Origin: Octopus bimaculoides
Taxonomy: Eukaryota
Length of the DNA stretch: 40,861 nucleotides
Direction: 5' to 3'
Assembly: GCF_001194135.2 (NCBI RefSeq)
Contig: NC_068981.1
Coordinates: forward strand, 66,172,867-66,213,727
Positions within the stretch are counted from its first letter, which is position 1. Each line of letters opens with the position of its first letter. Of the stretch, positions 1-10,580 are shown piece by piece. The translations under genes were made by a program, and so were the position numbers. Under the pieces are notes generated by a model. It did no database searches and was not told the DNA's origin. It was given only the letters and a program-made list of their open reading frames with translations.

Positions 1-14
1 ATACTACACTTTAT

Positions 15-345
15 CGTGCAGTTACTGTTAATACTTCATTTAGAGAATTAACATTGCTTGTTTTCACCTTTTCAATATCAGTGAAGAATTTCACTGGAAA
101 AGAAGATATAAGTTTGCCAGGTTTTTGTCTCTCTCACCAAGGTCATCAGCTGTCGGACGCCGACGAAGGGAAATAACCCTGAAATCCAGATACGTTCGTG
201 CTGCAGATCGAGGTGAGAGGGATAACTTCCCTTGGCAAACAGGACACAGTCGTGTGTCGATAAGCCAGCTGGAGGAGATGTCCTCCCGGGGCTAAAAGCA
301 ACAGTAACATCCACCCCTAGGGGTCAGCCACACTTAAGTGGCAAT
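15..345 (+). mobile_element. Hammerhead-bearing retroelement unit (Penelope pLTR-like or non-LTR retrozyme-like)
   Basis: GC-richer island containing the hammerhead. Bounded by the 14-bp direct repeat ATACTACACTTTAT at 1-14 and 346-359; the left copy is cut by the window edge. Confidence 0.45.
147..203 (+). ncRNA. Type I (minimal) hammerhead ribozyme motif, U4C core variant
   Basis: Stem I CGGACG(154-159)/CGTTCG(193-198), extended by CAGC(147-150)/GCTG(200-203). Core CCGACGA(160-166), stem II AGGG/CCCT with AAATAA loop, GAAA(181-184), stem III ATC-CA-GAT (near-palindrome ATCCGGAT). Predicted cleavage triplet AUA, after 192. Confidence 0.7.
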
Positions 346-687
346 ATACTACACTTTATATATATATATATATATAATAAATGCGAAAACTAATTTCTGT
401 GCGTCAGTGTGTCACACTTTGACCCCCTCTTTCACTATTCAATGAGACTTCGTTAGCCCCTTGTGGGTAATAAAAAATCAATTCAATGACGCTTCTACTA
501 TTGCTCATGTTGCGGTGAGAGTAATAGTAGGCATAGAGATGGTGAGGGCTGTGGCGAAGACACACAGATAGACAGACAGAGAAAGAAAAATAGAAGGAAA
601 GAAAGAGTGACAAAGAAATTTAAGGAGAGTTGATATTTTTATTAAAAGTAGTAGAGTTGATGGTGGCAGTGGCAGTCATAATAATAA

Positions 688-695
688 TAAGAGAG

Positions 696-781
<86 letters not shown>
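688..781. repeat. (GA)n microsatellite
   Basis: Near-perfect GA tract. Confidence 0.98.
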
Positions 782-785
<4 letters not shown>

Positions 786-904
786 TGGGTATGTGAGAGA
801 AAGAGTGACTGAATACTGAACTAACATGCTGAACTGGCATACTGAATGAACACGAACATTTAACCATTTTGTGATGGTAATAGGGTAATAGTTATAGTAT
901 GAGC

Positions 905-1120
905 TGCAGTTGTGATAGAGGTGGAGGCGGCGGTGATGATGATGATGATGGTGGTGGTGGTGATGGTGGTGGTGGTGGCAGCCGAGGTGATTAGGGTGAG
1001 AGTAAGCGATGTGAAAGACTGTGGCGGAAGGGAAGGCAGTGAAGTCAAAAGTATTGATGGTGGTGGCGTCAGAAATTTGAATGTTGTGCGTATGGCAGAT
1101 GTGGTGGTGATGGTGGTGGC
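905..1120. repeat. (GGT/GAT)n low-complexity trinucleotide region
   Basis: Repeated GGT/GAT triplets; they explain the poly-V/M/T ORFs. Confidence 0.85.
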
Positions 1121-1590
1121 ACTTTGTTTATCATACAGCTTTGCAATAAGTTCCAAGTCGACAAATTATATATTGTTTTGATGAAAAAATTGTTCCTTGC
1201 TTGAAAAATATTGTTCAAGATTAATAATATTTAATATGTACTCATTGCATGAAGTATCATTGTTGGGCTCAAGACCTAATGAAGAGCCCTCCACAGGAGC
1301 TAGCTTAAAAGCCAGTACATATATAAATTTAAGTCACAATATATGGATTCAAATAATCCAGTAGTACTCATAAAAAAGGTTCCTTAATGTATCATTCTAC
1401 AAAACATAGAATATATAGTACAATACAAGAGAAAATGATAAAGAGTATATAAAGTCATAAATGACAAAGAAATAGTTTGATGAAATTATATTTAACAATT
1501 AGAAAATTCTAAAATCACAACAAATTGTTTCGTAACTTAAAAAACATGTAAATAATTTATATTATTATATTTAATAATAAATAAATTACT

Positions 1591-1708
1591 CATGTCTGCG
1601 TTAATGCAAAATGCAAAATATCCTTCCAAATGATGCAGAATTTAAGTTACCTCCTTAAATTCTGCATTATTTTTAAGGATGTTTTGCATTTTGCATTATG
1701 CGGACATG
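1591..1708. mobile_element. Fold-back (hairpin) MITE-like element
   Basis: Arms 1591-1646 and 1654-1708 (about 55 bp) are reverse complements with a few mismatches, around a 7-nt loop. TA follows the right end. Confidence 0.75.
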
Positions 1709-1829
1709 TAATTCATTTATCAATAACTATAATATAAATTTTTTACATGTTTTAAGTTACGAAACAATTTGTCGTGATATTAGTATTTTCTTATTGCTAA
1801 ATAAAATTTCATCAAACTATTTTTCTGTC

Positions 1830-1890
1830 ATTTATGTATATTTATGTGTATATATGTATATATATATATATATATATATTTGTGTATATG

Positions 1891-1942
<52 letters not shown>

Positions 1943-2205
1943 AAGATATATGTATGTATGTTTATATGTATATACACACACACATGTATATATGTATGTA
2001 TGTATTATTTAATCTGGTATCCATCTTGGACTTCCTGTGTTTCTCTATTTGGTAATCTAAGCCTGAAAGAGACGGGTTCTATTAGAAGCCCATGAAACTT
2101 TAGGTGACATGGAACCGAATGAAACTCTTTTAAATAGTACATGTAACTCCTACTAAATCTGTTGAGTGTGTTTTCTTTCGTTCGTCCAGGCACTCTCGCG
2201 CGCGC

Positions 2206-2240
<35 letters not shown>

Positions 2241-2522
2241 NNNNNNNNNNNNNNNNNNNNNNNNNNNNNNNNNNNNNNNNNNNNNNNNNNNNNNNNNNNN
2301 NNNNNNNNNNNNNNNNNNNNNNNNNNNNNNNNNNNNNNNNNNNNNNNNNNNNNNNNNNNNNNNNNNNNNNNNNNNNNNNNNNNNNNNNNNNNNNNNNNNN
2401 NNNNNNNNNNNNNNNNNNNNNNNNNNNNNNNNNNNNNNNNNNNNNNNNNNNNNNNNNNNNNNNNNNNNNNNNNNNNNNNNNNNNNNNNNNNNATATATAC
2501 ATACACATATATATATATATAT

Positions 2523-2557
<35 letters not shown>

Positions 2558-2608
2558 CATACATACATACATACATACATACATACATACATACATACAT
2601 ACATACAT
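1830..2608. repeat. Compound (AT)/(ATGT)/(ATAG)/(ATAC) microsatellite field with assembly gap 2241-2492
   Basis: Directly visible. About 2005-2205 is non-repetitive spacer. Confidence 0.9.
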
Positions 2609-2779
2609 AAGTGATATATCTGCTGTATTAAAACACGACTGTGTTCTAGTTATATATATATTTTTATCACGATTTTTCATATTTCCGTATGAGTTTCTCA
2701 TAATTTGTTTAAAATAGTAAATTCTCTAAATTCCTCATCAACATTTACAAACCTTCGTCGTTTCACGTAACGAAATAAA

Positions 2780-2787
2780 ATGTTGGG
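2780..2787 (+). CDS. Candidate first coding exon of a small secreted-peptide gene (ATG TTG GG, phase-2 donor GTAATT)
   Basis: AAAATG start context followed by GG|GTAATT. In frame with the 3023-3059 exon, giving MLGWLALYCALQLLF. No homology recognised. Confidence 0.25.
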
Positions 2788-3022
2788 GTAATTTTGTTGC
2801 TTCTTTATGGCAGGCAGGGCGTACATGATTGGTGTAGATATTATTCGAATGTTTACCTTAGATTTATATATCATCAGTCAGCAGTTTAGTTTTGAATGCT
2901 ATGTACGTGTTTCAGCGTTGTGTTGTAATATAAGGATATTGTTTCCACCATTAATCGTCTATTTTCGAGGAAGAACTCAGTAGATTATATATGTATTGTT
3001 CGCTAATGTTTTTTTTTTCTAG

Positions 3023-3059
3023 CTGGCTTGCTTTGTATTGTGCATTGCAATTGCTCTTT
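3023..3059 (+). CDS. Candidate 37-nt exon encoding a hydrophobic, signal-peptide-like stretch
   Basis: Branch-like CTAAT (3003-3007), long T tract, CTAG acceptor, and GTAAGT donor at 3060. Reads WLALYCALQLLF or LACFVLCIAIAL depending on frame. Confidence 0.35.
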
Positions 3060-3219
3060 GTAAGTGCATGGTGAACTGGCGAATTTCTTATGAATATTGA
3101 AAAGACCTTTCTGATGCACGTCAAAAAAGGCTCGTGACATCATGGATCATGTGGCACGACTATAAGTTCAGGTATAGTTTAAAACTTGCAACTGTTGCCT
3201 GTGTTTTTTTAACCTACAG

Positions 3220-3239
3220 GTGTAAAGGACCCTACAGAT
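3220..3239 (+). CDS. Candidate 20-nt microexon
   Basis: TTTTTTTAACCTACAG acceptor and GTAAGT donor at 3240. It also overlaps a short local direct repeat (CCTACAG..TGTAA), which weakens the call. Confidence 0.2.
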
Positions 3240-3631
3240 GTAAGTGCAAAAACAAATATTCAAAACTTAACTGGAGTGTTGATATCTAAATATATGATCA
3301 ACTGAAAAATAACACTAAAAATAGGAACACTACCACGGATATTAATTCATATGCACGAACTATATCTTATCAGGTTCTTGACACGAGGGTAAATTCATGG
3401 TTCTTGTCCACGCCATTATGGCAGATTAACGCAGAAGGACAAAATGACATATTTTACTAAGTCCTTTATGCAACAGAATGGTAACCATTATCAGCATCAA
3501 AGCTTTCGTAAGATTAAGTTAAGTTTTATTTCTGCTTTTGCTTCGATCGTTTGAAATCTTTTGCAAAGTTCTTCCATAAAATTAGGAATTTATAGCAAAT
3601 TCCAAGGTTTTTCAGTCTTTTGTTGTATCAG

Positions 3632-3736
3632 GCAGCTCTTTCAGAAAGCATAAACAGAAGAAAAATTCGTCGCAATTCTCCTATGTTCAAGTACCCCGTC
3701 GACGTTATTCGATCCGGATGTTGTTAGAAGAATAAA
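3632..3736 (+). CDS. Candidate terminal exon (AALSESINRRKIRRNSPMFKYPVDVIRSGCC*; alternative acceptor at 3616 gives SFVVSGSSFRKHKQKK...MLLEE*)
   Basis: Two pyrimidine-rich acceptors (AG at 3614-15 and 3630-31). Stops TAG 3725-27 or TAA 3733-35. AATAAA at 3731-3736. Confidence 0.3.
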
Positions 3737-3833
3737 TTTATTCATGTCGGGAACTCGGAGAGATAGTGTTCACATATATGAACTAATATGCATAACGGTG
3801 TTCCTATTTTTAGTATTAATTAGATCACACGCA

Positions 3834-3865
<32 letters not shown>

Positions 3866-3959
3866 CACACGTGCATACACATACACACATGGACATACAC
3901 ACACACTGATGAGGCCAGAATTTTGCTCCAATACTCAACGGATAAAATTTCTTTAAACG

Positions 3960-4195
3960 CCATCAACAGCAACAGTAGAAGCAGCAGGAGTAGAAGCAGC
4001 TGCAACATAAACAGCAGCAGCAGCAGCAGTAGCATTTCCTTGCTTTGCTTCAAAATTGATCTCTTTTTTTCTACCTGAAGATTCACTCTGCTTCTTCTAT
4101 TCATACTTTATCCCTTCACCATCACCGCAGCCACGACGACGACGGGCACCACCACCACCACCACCATCACTACCACCATCATCATCATCACCATT
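3960..4195. repeat. (CAG)n / (CAC)n / (CAT)n low-complexity tracts
   Basis: Directly visible trinucleotide runs. Confidence 0.85.
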
Positions 4196-4847
4196 ATTTT
4201 CTTCTTCTAATATTTCATGAAGCAATATTTATTTACATGCATGCACATATTGATCAGTCAGAAAAATAAATAACAAAGAATGAGAACACTAAGATGAAGG
4301 GAATTTTAACGCTTCGAGCAAGATCTTCCTAAATAAGAATTCAGTGTACGTTCAGGGCATCATCTAGTACCGTCGCTATCAAGAGTTGATGACGTCTTAT
4401 ATTTGCAAGATTTTGGGACAAATAGTTCACATAGCTCCATTCTGCAGTAGAGGCAACTCAAGATTTTTCACCAAGTGGCATCTCAGTGGAATAAAACGAG
4501 CTCATGAAAAGACGACTCCCTCCTTGCAACAGAAATAAACAATCAATAGGCCGAAAGCTTACATAACTACGAAAGATTTGAACTAAATAACCACGACTCT
4601 CCAGCATGCATGACGCTGGCCGTGAATATAGGTAAATATTATAAATATTTAATAAGAGTTTGACTCAGCTCCAAATGATTTAAATATTCGCTGGCAAGCA
4701 GGACACGTTCATCGTATTAAGATAAGAGTGAGAGATCTGAAACAAACTGAAGATAGCTTCCAGGTGTTAGGCGTTTATTGGTCAGCTCAGTTCACGTGAT
4801 GCTAATGCTGTGAAAGCGACACCACCTATTTTCTTTATATTTAGGTC

Positions 4848-5260
4848 TTCTCTCTCTCTCTTGCTCTCTCTCTTGCTCTCTCTCTTGCTCTCTCTCTCTC
4901 TCTCTTGCTCTCTCTCTTGCTCTCTCTCTCTCTCTCTCTCTNNNNNNNNNNNNNNNNNNNNNNNNNNNNNNNNNNNNNNNNNNNNNNNNNNNNNNNNNNN
5001 NNNNNNNNNNNNCTCTCTCTCTTGCTCTCTCTCTCTCTCTTGCTCTCTCTCTTGCTCTCTCTCTCTCTCTCTCTCTTGCTCTCTCTCTTGCTCTCTCTCT
5101 CTCTTGCTCTCTCTCTCTCTCTTGCTCTCTCTCTCTTGCTCTCTCTCTCTTGCTCTCTCTCTCTCTCTCTCTCATACACACACACATATACACACATACA
5201 CACAGTGTGTGTGCGTATGTGTATGTATGTATGTATGTATGTATGTATGTATGTATGTAT
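4848..5260. repeat. Interrupted (CT)n with periodic TTG, then (CA)/(ATGT)n; gap 4942-5012
   Basis: Directly visible. Confidence 0.95.
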
Positions 5261-7044
5261 TCTACTGGCTTTCTTGAAAGCTACACTTTAGCACCAATGA
5301 CGGTAAAGACACTGGAGACACCAGCTACGCTTGTGGCGATAAATGACGACAATGATGATGATGATGATGGCACTGAAATCCAATAAAACTCATTGACTTC
5401 GTGTTTTGCTCATTGCCTCTATTTACAGTTAACGGCGCGATGTAAAAATGTCGACAAAATGTGAAACTGTTTTTGTTAGCAAGTTTTGCAACCCACTGAA
5501 AAGTAGATACAGCATCGAAGCCTTCGTCATTATTTAAAGCAAGTCAAATAGACTATTTATTTCTCTCTTTTCTGTATTCACGAAAAGCGTTGTACTCAGG
5601 ACTGAATAATTTATAGCAATGTGAAAGTGTTAACTGGAGCACATTACAGAATGCTGGTGATAATTGATACAATACGATCCACCAATTTAGTGAAACCGTT
5701 GTTCGTGAATTTTGTTCAATGTATGAGCATTGCTGACAGTGGAGTCATGTCGAAGGTCTGTAATCTCGTATAAGACGGACTTGGCTGTCAACCGAGTCCA
5801 TCGAGAAGATAATCACGTCACCTTCTGGAATTAAGGCGACTGAGGACAAGGCTTTTCCTGTTCGTTCGGATCCTCATCAGCATTTGGAGGCGTCACTTAA
5901 AGGGTAGGGTAGGGGTGGAAAAGAAAGTGCTGACCGTAAATATGCTAAGAGGATCATTTTATGTAACTGCATTGCTCCACTCTCAAATTTTGTAGGTATT
6001 TAATAAGGGAAAATGCATTTACCGTAGTATTGAAACGGGGTTGAGAATATGAAGGATGTTCTCTTTTGCCTGAAGTGGCTGTCCCTCTTTTGTGACATAC
6101 ACATTATATATTTTTATAGACATTGTATTTTCTGTATTTCTCAATCAGAACTAACATGGGGATGAACAATAATAATAACAACATCCACAAGGAAATTACA
6201 TTAAATGTAAAATCAATAAAGTGAATAAAGGAATACATAACGGAACATAAGAATGGATGAATGAATCAATCAATGAATACAGATATTAAATTGAGATTTA
6301 CACTTTATGTAGATATGGGATTTATCCATTTTCAGGGATAATCCAACAAAATAACTAAGCAACTGTCTAATTTCCCTAACTATTAACAACAAGACCTTGA
6401 AGTCTATTCCGAGTTACCGAAAGATTATTTAAAACAGAATTAGATAAGCGGCAGCTTCGTTAGAATTAATATTGGTGTGAAGAATATTAGAAAAAGAAAA
6501 AAAAGGAGGAATGGAAAGAATAAAACTTGAAAGAGAGAAAGGGAGAGGAAAAGTAAAAAGCAAAACTAATTTCATGTAATTTCATCAAAAAACTGGAAGT
6601 TGATTGAATTAATTTTTCTAGATACGGTTTAAGTGAATAACATAAATTATTTTTGTTTATTCCACCCACCTCTTCACTCTCTTTCTCTTGTTTCATATTT
6701 CCCTGTCTCTCTTTCTCGTCTCCCTTTCTGTTTATATTTACCACATTGTCCTTCTCTCCCATACTATCTATCTAGCGAGACAGCTCTATTTCCGACTGTT
6801 TTTATCTAGCTAGCTATCAGCATCCTCAAATGGAAGTACTGCTAACAAACAGCAGTTTGTAAGCAATATTTCTATCCATATATACTGGTCTAGACAACTC
6901 AAAATCAACCGCCAAAAGTGATCGATTTTTCTTGTCTATTATTACAAAAACAATGCCCGCCAATCTTCCTTGGTCGTATTTTTACTATCAGTAATAGTAT
7001 TGTAGTATTGAATAGAATTCGTTTATACTGAACANNNNNNNNNN

Positions 7045-7087
<43 letters not shown>

Positions 7088-7409
7088 TAAGCGATGCATT
7101 TTATATGAAAAACCGATACGATTTTCAAGTGAAGGATGCACTGGAGTGGTTTCAACATGCTTGTTTCCAGTACGCTCTAAGAATATATGTTTTATATCCA
7201 CAGAACTGGTATCACAGACCAAGTTTATTTCTGTTTACTTCTGTTCTTTTCTTCTAATTACTTTTCTTTTGGTTGAGACTGTTTCATCTATACGTAACGG
7301 ATGCCAGGAAAGTTTCATTTATGCACCACATCTGAAAGTGACATTCTGTTCTGTTTAAGACAGTTAGATAAACTTGTTCGGAGAGCAGAAATGCTAAATT
7401 CGAGACGGT

Positions 7410-7520
7410 GAAGTAGTACAGCGTCGGATAGAATATCACGTAATATTTGCTACTATTCTATGGTTCTGAGTCCAAATCCTACCGAGGGCAACTTTACTTT
7501 TTATCCTTTCGTGGGTGGGG
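7410..7520 (+). mobile_element. Degenerate tRNA-derived SINE, same family as 9346-9734
   Basis: ...gttctgagtccaaatcctaccgagggcaactttactttttatcctttcg matches the head and body of the 9346-9734 element. Confidence 0.5.
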
Positions 7521-7575
7521 GAATGCTCTCTAGGTCTCCGTTTATAAAATCATTGCAGAGATAATGAGAAGGACA

Positions 7576-7645
7576 TGAGATGGGCATGTCTGGAGTGCAT
7601 CTGACTATAGCTCCTCTTGATAACTGTCGAAATGGTGTTAAATTA
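7576..7645 (+). mobile_element. Dispersed repeat fragment (probable SINE 3' region), copy 1
   Basis: gagatggg.atgtctggagtgcatctgac.atag...ttgataa.tgt.gaa.tggtg.taaat is shared with 9085-9205. Confidence 0.6.
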
Positions 7646-8210
7646 CTCCACGTATTGTAGACATTTATCAGTTTCCCAGGATTTCGAATTTTACCCTATT
7701 TACAAGGGTTTTCTAACGAATGGAAATCGTGGTAGAATTTTGTAATGACAGCTTGGATTATCAGTCCGGTAATGAAGAGAAATATGCCATTTGTCAAGCG
7801 TTAGCGTTTTTATCTAGATAAATTATTGTCAATCATGGCAAGATAACGAAGATCTAAAAGCAACAGGTCAGTTCACTAGTTGAAAATTTTTCATGTAGTC
7901 CTGTCTGGAAATACTGGTTTAGTTAATACACAGGCAAACAAATTTCGACACTACCTTTGAGAACCCTTGCAAAAATTATGCAATGTGTAGCGAGAAACAA
8001 GTAGAACTTGGAGCCGATAAGTCAGAAACGCAAAAATAACGTCAGCAATTAAGACTAATTAATATTCGAAAAACTAATATCGTTTCTATCTCAGTGTTAC
8101 GGTGATGTAATGTGGGATATACGGGATGTGCAAATTGCATTGGCGTTTCTTTTATATACGTGTGTTTGCCGTAGTCGAAGGTATGTAACGTTTAAAAAAG
8201 GAGCCAGCTA

Positions 8211-8450
8211 ATTGACGAACTTGTTGATATGATTGGTGTGTCCTGGAGCTTCTGCCAACGAATTTTGAGTGAAGAATTGTGAATGAAAAGAGTTGCAGCA
8301 AAATGTGTGCCTCGCTTGATTACAGAAGATCAAAAGCAGTCACGATTGAATGCGTGTAGTGGACTGAAAGAACAGCTGGAAGTTGATCCAGACCTTTTTT
8401 CGAGGATCATCAGTGGTGACGAAAGCTGGTGCCACGGAATTTGCAAACGT
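8211..8450 (+). mobile_element. Mariner transposase fragment (non-autonomous family, same as 13917-14911)
   Basis: Translates to IDELVDMIGVSWSFCQRILSEEL*MKRVAAKCVPRLITEDQKQSRL...FSRIISGDESWCHG, i.e. a WVPR-like linker and the first catalytic D (GDESW). Confidence 0.9.
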
Positions 8451-8727
8451 AGCTAATAACGCCAAGACAGCGTTAGCTATTTCTTTGGTTTCGTCTCTTT
8501 ATCCTGCCGATTTACTCTGTTTTTCCAGGACACGGACATACAAAAATACACACGCGTGCACACAAATAGTTGCACACAAACACATGCACAAATACAAAGA
8601 CACATATATAAACATACACGTATGCAAGACAAGGAGGGAAAATTGTGATGCCACTCCACCCGCAAGAAAAAGCAACTAAATATTTTAATTATAATTATTA
8701 GCATCTCCAATAAACATAAAGTGCACT

Positions 8728-8856
8728 GTCCATCCATCCATCCATCCATCCAGCCATCCAGTCAGTCAACCAGCCAGCCAGCCAGCCAGCCAGCCTGCCA
8801 GCCAGCCATCCAGCCAGCCAGTCAGCCAGCTAGCCAGCCAGCTAGCCAGCCAGCCA
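8728..8856. repeat. (CCAT)n/(CCAG)n compound tetranucleotide repeat
   Basis: Directly visible. Confidence 0.95.
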
Positions 8857-9084
8857 TGTATGCAAACATACATTCACAAACCGATATATTTATGTCAGAT
8901 ATATAAGTGAAAAACAAATGAGAAAGCTAACTCCAATCACTGCCAACCCAGCCATCCGTATCATAAACAAATAAGTAAATAAATAAAATAAAATGTTTAC
9001 AAAAAAACTCCACTACGTTGCCGCTTGACCTGCTTGAAAAAGTAGCTAAAATTTTCATCAAATATTAGGGGAGGAAAGGAAAAA

Positions 9085-9205
9085 CATGCTAGATAATGTA
9101 GTCCTACATTTTCTTAAAAGGATGGGATGGGATGGGATGAGATGGGTATGTCTGGAGTGCATCTGACAATAGATCTTGATAATTGTTGAACTGGTGCTAA
9201 ATCAC
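9085..9205 (+). mobile_element. Dispersed repeat fragment (probable SINE 3' region), copy 2, with (GATGG)n expansion
   Basis: Homologous to 7576-7645, and more weakly to 28505-28730 (gataatgtagtcct...gatgggat). Confidence 0.55.
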
Positions 9206-9345
9206 ACCATGTAATGAGAAAATGTTTTACTGAAAATCAGATCCCTACAAAATAATCTGAAAACGGTAAAGGAAATAATGTCGCAGCAGTTGAGATAGAA
9301 CGTGAAGAAATGCTGAACATGAAACGTATCCGACTATTGAATATT

Positions 9346-9734
9346 CTTTTCTACTCTAGGCACAAGGCCCGACGCAACTGGTACTTAATTTATCGACCCC
9401 GAAAGGATGAAAGACAAAGTCGACCTCGGCAGAATTTTAACTCAGAACATAAAGACAGACGAAATACCGCTAAGCATTACGCCCGGTGTGCTAACGTTTC
9501 TTATTTCTTTATTGCCAATAAGGGGCTAGACATAGAGGGGATAAACAAGGACAGACAAAGGGATTAAGTCGATTGCATCGACCCCAGCGCGTAACTGGTA
9601 CTTAATTTATCGACCCCGAAAGGATGAAAGGCAAAGTCGACCTCGGCGGAATTTGAACTCAGAACGTAACGGCAGACGAATTGCCGCCAAGCATTTCGCC
9701 TGGCGTGCTAACGTTTGTGCCAGCTCGCCGCCTT
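9346..9734 (-). mobile_element. Dimeric tRNA-derived SINE (Meta-domain/Sauria-SINE-like body) with 15-bp TSD
   Basis: Minus strand starts GGCGGCGAGCTGGCAC (A-box-like) and has GAGTTCAAATTCC (B-box-like). The body gactttgcctttcatcctttcggggtcgataaattaagtaccag occurs twice. TSD CGACTATTGAATATT at 9331-9345 and 9735-9749. Confidence 0.88.
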
Positions 9735-10244
9735 CGACTATTGAATATTAATTGGTGTTGGAGGCAGTTTGGTAGCAGCGTTGTTGCTGGGGGTAGTGTT
9801 AGTGGTGGGAGTGTTAATGGACTTGCTGGGGGTGATGGTAGTAGTTGTAATGGTGGTGTTGAATTTTGTATTGTCAAGTAATTCATGGAAACTAATTTAA
9901 CTTTGCAAAGAAGATGAAACAGAAAACCATGTGTCATAACCATCGACTCTCTCCTTTCACTTTTTGTTGCCCTCACTCCTCCACACACACTCTCTCTCCA
10001 CTGTCTTATAAGTATTCTTATACTTTTACATTTTTTTCTTTTTTACTTCATGTCAGACTGCATACAATGAAATATTTTTCCTCGAGAACAAGTAAGTGGA
10101 CAGAATCGCGGAGAGAAACAAAAGCTTATATCTAAAGAGGAGGAAGACGTTTTCTCAAAGGCCAAATCAGAAGAAAAGCAGACAAAACCATACTGTTCGC
10201 TAATCATATATTACGAATTGATACTTGTTTTCTCAAAACCTATT

Positions 10245-10580
<336 letters not shown>

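Noticed and set aside
125-149. Minus-strand CTGATGA-CCTTGGT-GAGA as a second, antisense hammerhead
   Set aside because: GAGA instead of GAAA, and no stem I or III.
78-314. 78-aa minus-strand ORF (MDVTVAF...)
   Set aside because: No recognisable domain; it is the antisense of the hammerhead-bearing repeat.
1267-1305. GGGCTC/GAGCCC inverted repeat with CTAATGA
   Set aside because: Core is mutated and there is no GAAA; not enough for a ribozyme call.
3907-3925. CTGATGAGGCCAGAA
   Set aside because: No stem II closure and no GAAA.
5899-5918. GGGTAGGGTAGGGGTGG as a G-quadruplex or telomeric motif
   Set aside because: Only three G3 runs, and not TTAGGG.
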